A DNA stretch of 64,000 nt from Antedon mediterranea. Its lineage: Eukaryota; Animalia; Echinodermata. Made by a program: the position numbers and the translations under genes. Position 1 is the first letter of the stretch, and every line of letters starts with the position of its first letter. This document shows positions 61,985-64,000 of the stretch, in pieces. The stretch is from contig NC_092678.1 in assembly GCF_964355755.1 (NCBI RefSeq), positions 7,394,422-7,458,421 on the forward strand, given 5' to 3'. The notes beneath the pieces are model-generated. The model did not search any database and was not told the origin of the DNA. It was given only the letters and a program-made list of their open reading frames with translations.

Positions 61985-64000
61985 TTACAATTTAATTCTT
62001 GAAGAACGAATACACTTACTTAATACATCACAATGTACTGCTGTAAGCTACGTTTTATTCTGTTAAAGATTTTCATTAAAATGAATATGACTCAATAGCT
62101 TTTAATAAGAAGCGCTCGTAATACACTACTTCTTACTATTATGATTACAACCCAGAAATTGGCATCATGAAACTAGAATTACTTTCAATGTTTTCATCTA
62201 TCAGTATTTTGTTATTAAAGATAATAATCCAATATAGTTTCATCTCGATCCAATTGCAAAAGAACTCCAAAACAGTACTACTGTAAATTATTGAATATTA
62301 ACAAATACCGTAAGCGTCTTGATTGTGTAAGTGCAGCTCTGAAACATACAATACATGTTTATGACTGCTGTGGAGCTTACGTTTTGAAAATAACTTGTAT
62401 TTTTAGTTTTTCAAAGTAATAAACAAGCCTACAGTATGGTGAAATAACAAAATAATTACAGACGGTTACATGTGTCTCCTGACCAAACCAAATCACCATT
62501 TTCCAACAACTTAAATACTACTCATTTATAGCTAATTTATCTAACTTTCGCGAATCACATTCACTTTTTATTTTTACTTTGGATGGTTCATAAGATCTTA
62601 ATGTATATAATAAAATAAGTCAGGCAATCAGAAATTTAGAAAAATACATGGCAAAATACAACATTAAACAATTTAAAAATCAGTGCAACAGTAAGACTAG
62701 TTAAAAAGGATATATCGCAAAAAGTAAAATGCTTAACTATTTCATTGGGGTCCAGAACATGGAAAACAAATTAAAGTTCCATACACAAATTATAAAAGAA
62801 GAAGTTAAAAAATCAATAATCAAAAAAATTGTAAAATCGTTAAAAAGAAAAAAAATTAAATATTTCAGCCTATATACATATTACAGGCATTTAAATATAT
62901 AGCATATTTGTAACAGGATAATTTGAAAATTGTGGACAAACGTATAAACATACTACACAAGTTTGCAAGTATTAATATTAATTAATACTAATGTTAGATT
63001 ATATTATCTAACACCTAAATAAATTCCAGTCATTTGAGTGGACGATTGTGGGTCACATGGCGTGCAATAGTATCTAACTGGGGATTTTTGTAAAATTTAT
63101 TCTATAATATAATGCAAGTACTATACTACGATCAATAAACTGTAATCCTTTGATATGCAACAATTAATTTAATAATCCAGAATACAGTAGCAAATAGCTT
63201 AATAGCTGTCTATAAAATTATCATCAAGATCACTTCAAGTGACCAGGCAATCAATCGGTCAATATCATATGTCAATATCTAGTGGTCAATCTACAAGTCC
63301 AGTGTGTAATGATAATCTGATCCTTTGCTAAGTGGTTTTAACACTTTCACCCTAAAGGTTTGCTGGAATGAAGATGTCAATAAACTAGAATAGATCTCTC
63401 ATCTCAGCTGACCAAAACATGTACTGTGTTTATTCTATATAGGAATAGTTGCTACAGCTGTTGTGGTCATGAGTTACTTTCCCGATTGATCGTAATCAAA
63501 ACGGTACTGGGTATGGTCTACTAGCGTTCCTGACCCCAACAAATACATCCATTCATAGAAGCCTTAATGAAGTAAGCCTACCTGGTGGTGGCCATTGAAC
63601 GGTCCCGAGATAACGACTATACTTCGGCTTTAGTCGATAGAAGATTGAAAAAAATTGTTAGAGATAGAGTATACGATGTTTGATTATGTGTAGATATGTG
63701 ATTTGTTCTTTTATTCAAATGATGTTCTGCATAAGGAAACGGAGATAGTAGTTGGGTGTAATGATTTTTTATATCAATTAATTAAATTATTGTAGATTGT
63801 ATTATTATGCGATAAATATTATTTAAATATTTGATATATTGTTATTATTGGGATGCATGTAAAGTATAAAAGTATACCATATATTCCATGTATTTTTCAA
63901 TATATATTCATTCTTCTTCAATACACTCAGGAGTATAAACAGGTACCAAGCTACATTATAAAATCGCATACATGAGTGAATATTTAGGTTATATGCATTA

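Noticed and set aside
57481-64000. Further upstream CELSR exons (EGF/cadherin)
   Set aside because: No Cys-patterned or cadherin-motif frame with splice sites found; treated as intron.

Overview
AT-rich metazoan genomic DNA, probably from an invertebrate deuterostome (taxon is my inference). One multi-exon gene on the minus strand spans the window: a CELSR/Flamingo adhesion GPCR. I joined 30 GT-AG exons by hand (57478 down to 278; 4620 nt, about 1540 codons, one continuous frame). They encode EGF-LamG1-EGF-LamG2-EGF-EGF/laminin-EGF-HRM-GAIN/GPS-7TM-cytoplasmic tail. The cadherin-repeat exons lie beyond the right edge, and the tail probably continues past the left edge. Introns hold MITEs (Harbinger-, Kolobok-, piggyBac-, Tc1/pogo-like), Helentron-type elements, tRNA-derived SINEs, two long foldbacks and several minisatellites. 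Most interesting signals: a candidate 9-nt microexon in ICL3, a tail built from frame-symmetric phase-1 mini-exons, a YCAY-dense minisatellite next to one of them, MITE arms bracketing the GPS exon, and a 1.57-kb TIR element carrying a promoter-like motif cluster. No prokaryotic systems or CRISPR arrays. All splicing and TE family calls are by eye and need RNA-seq or database confirmation.
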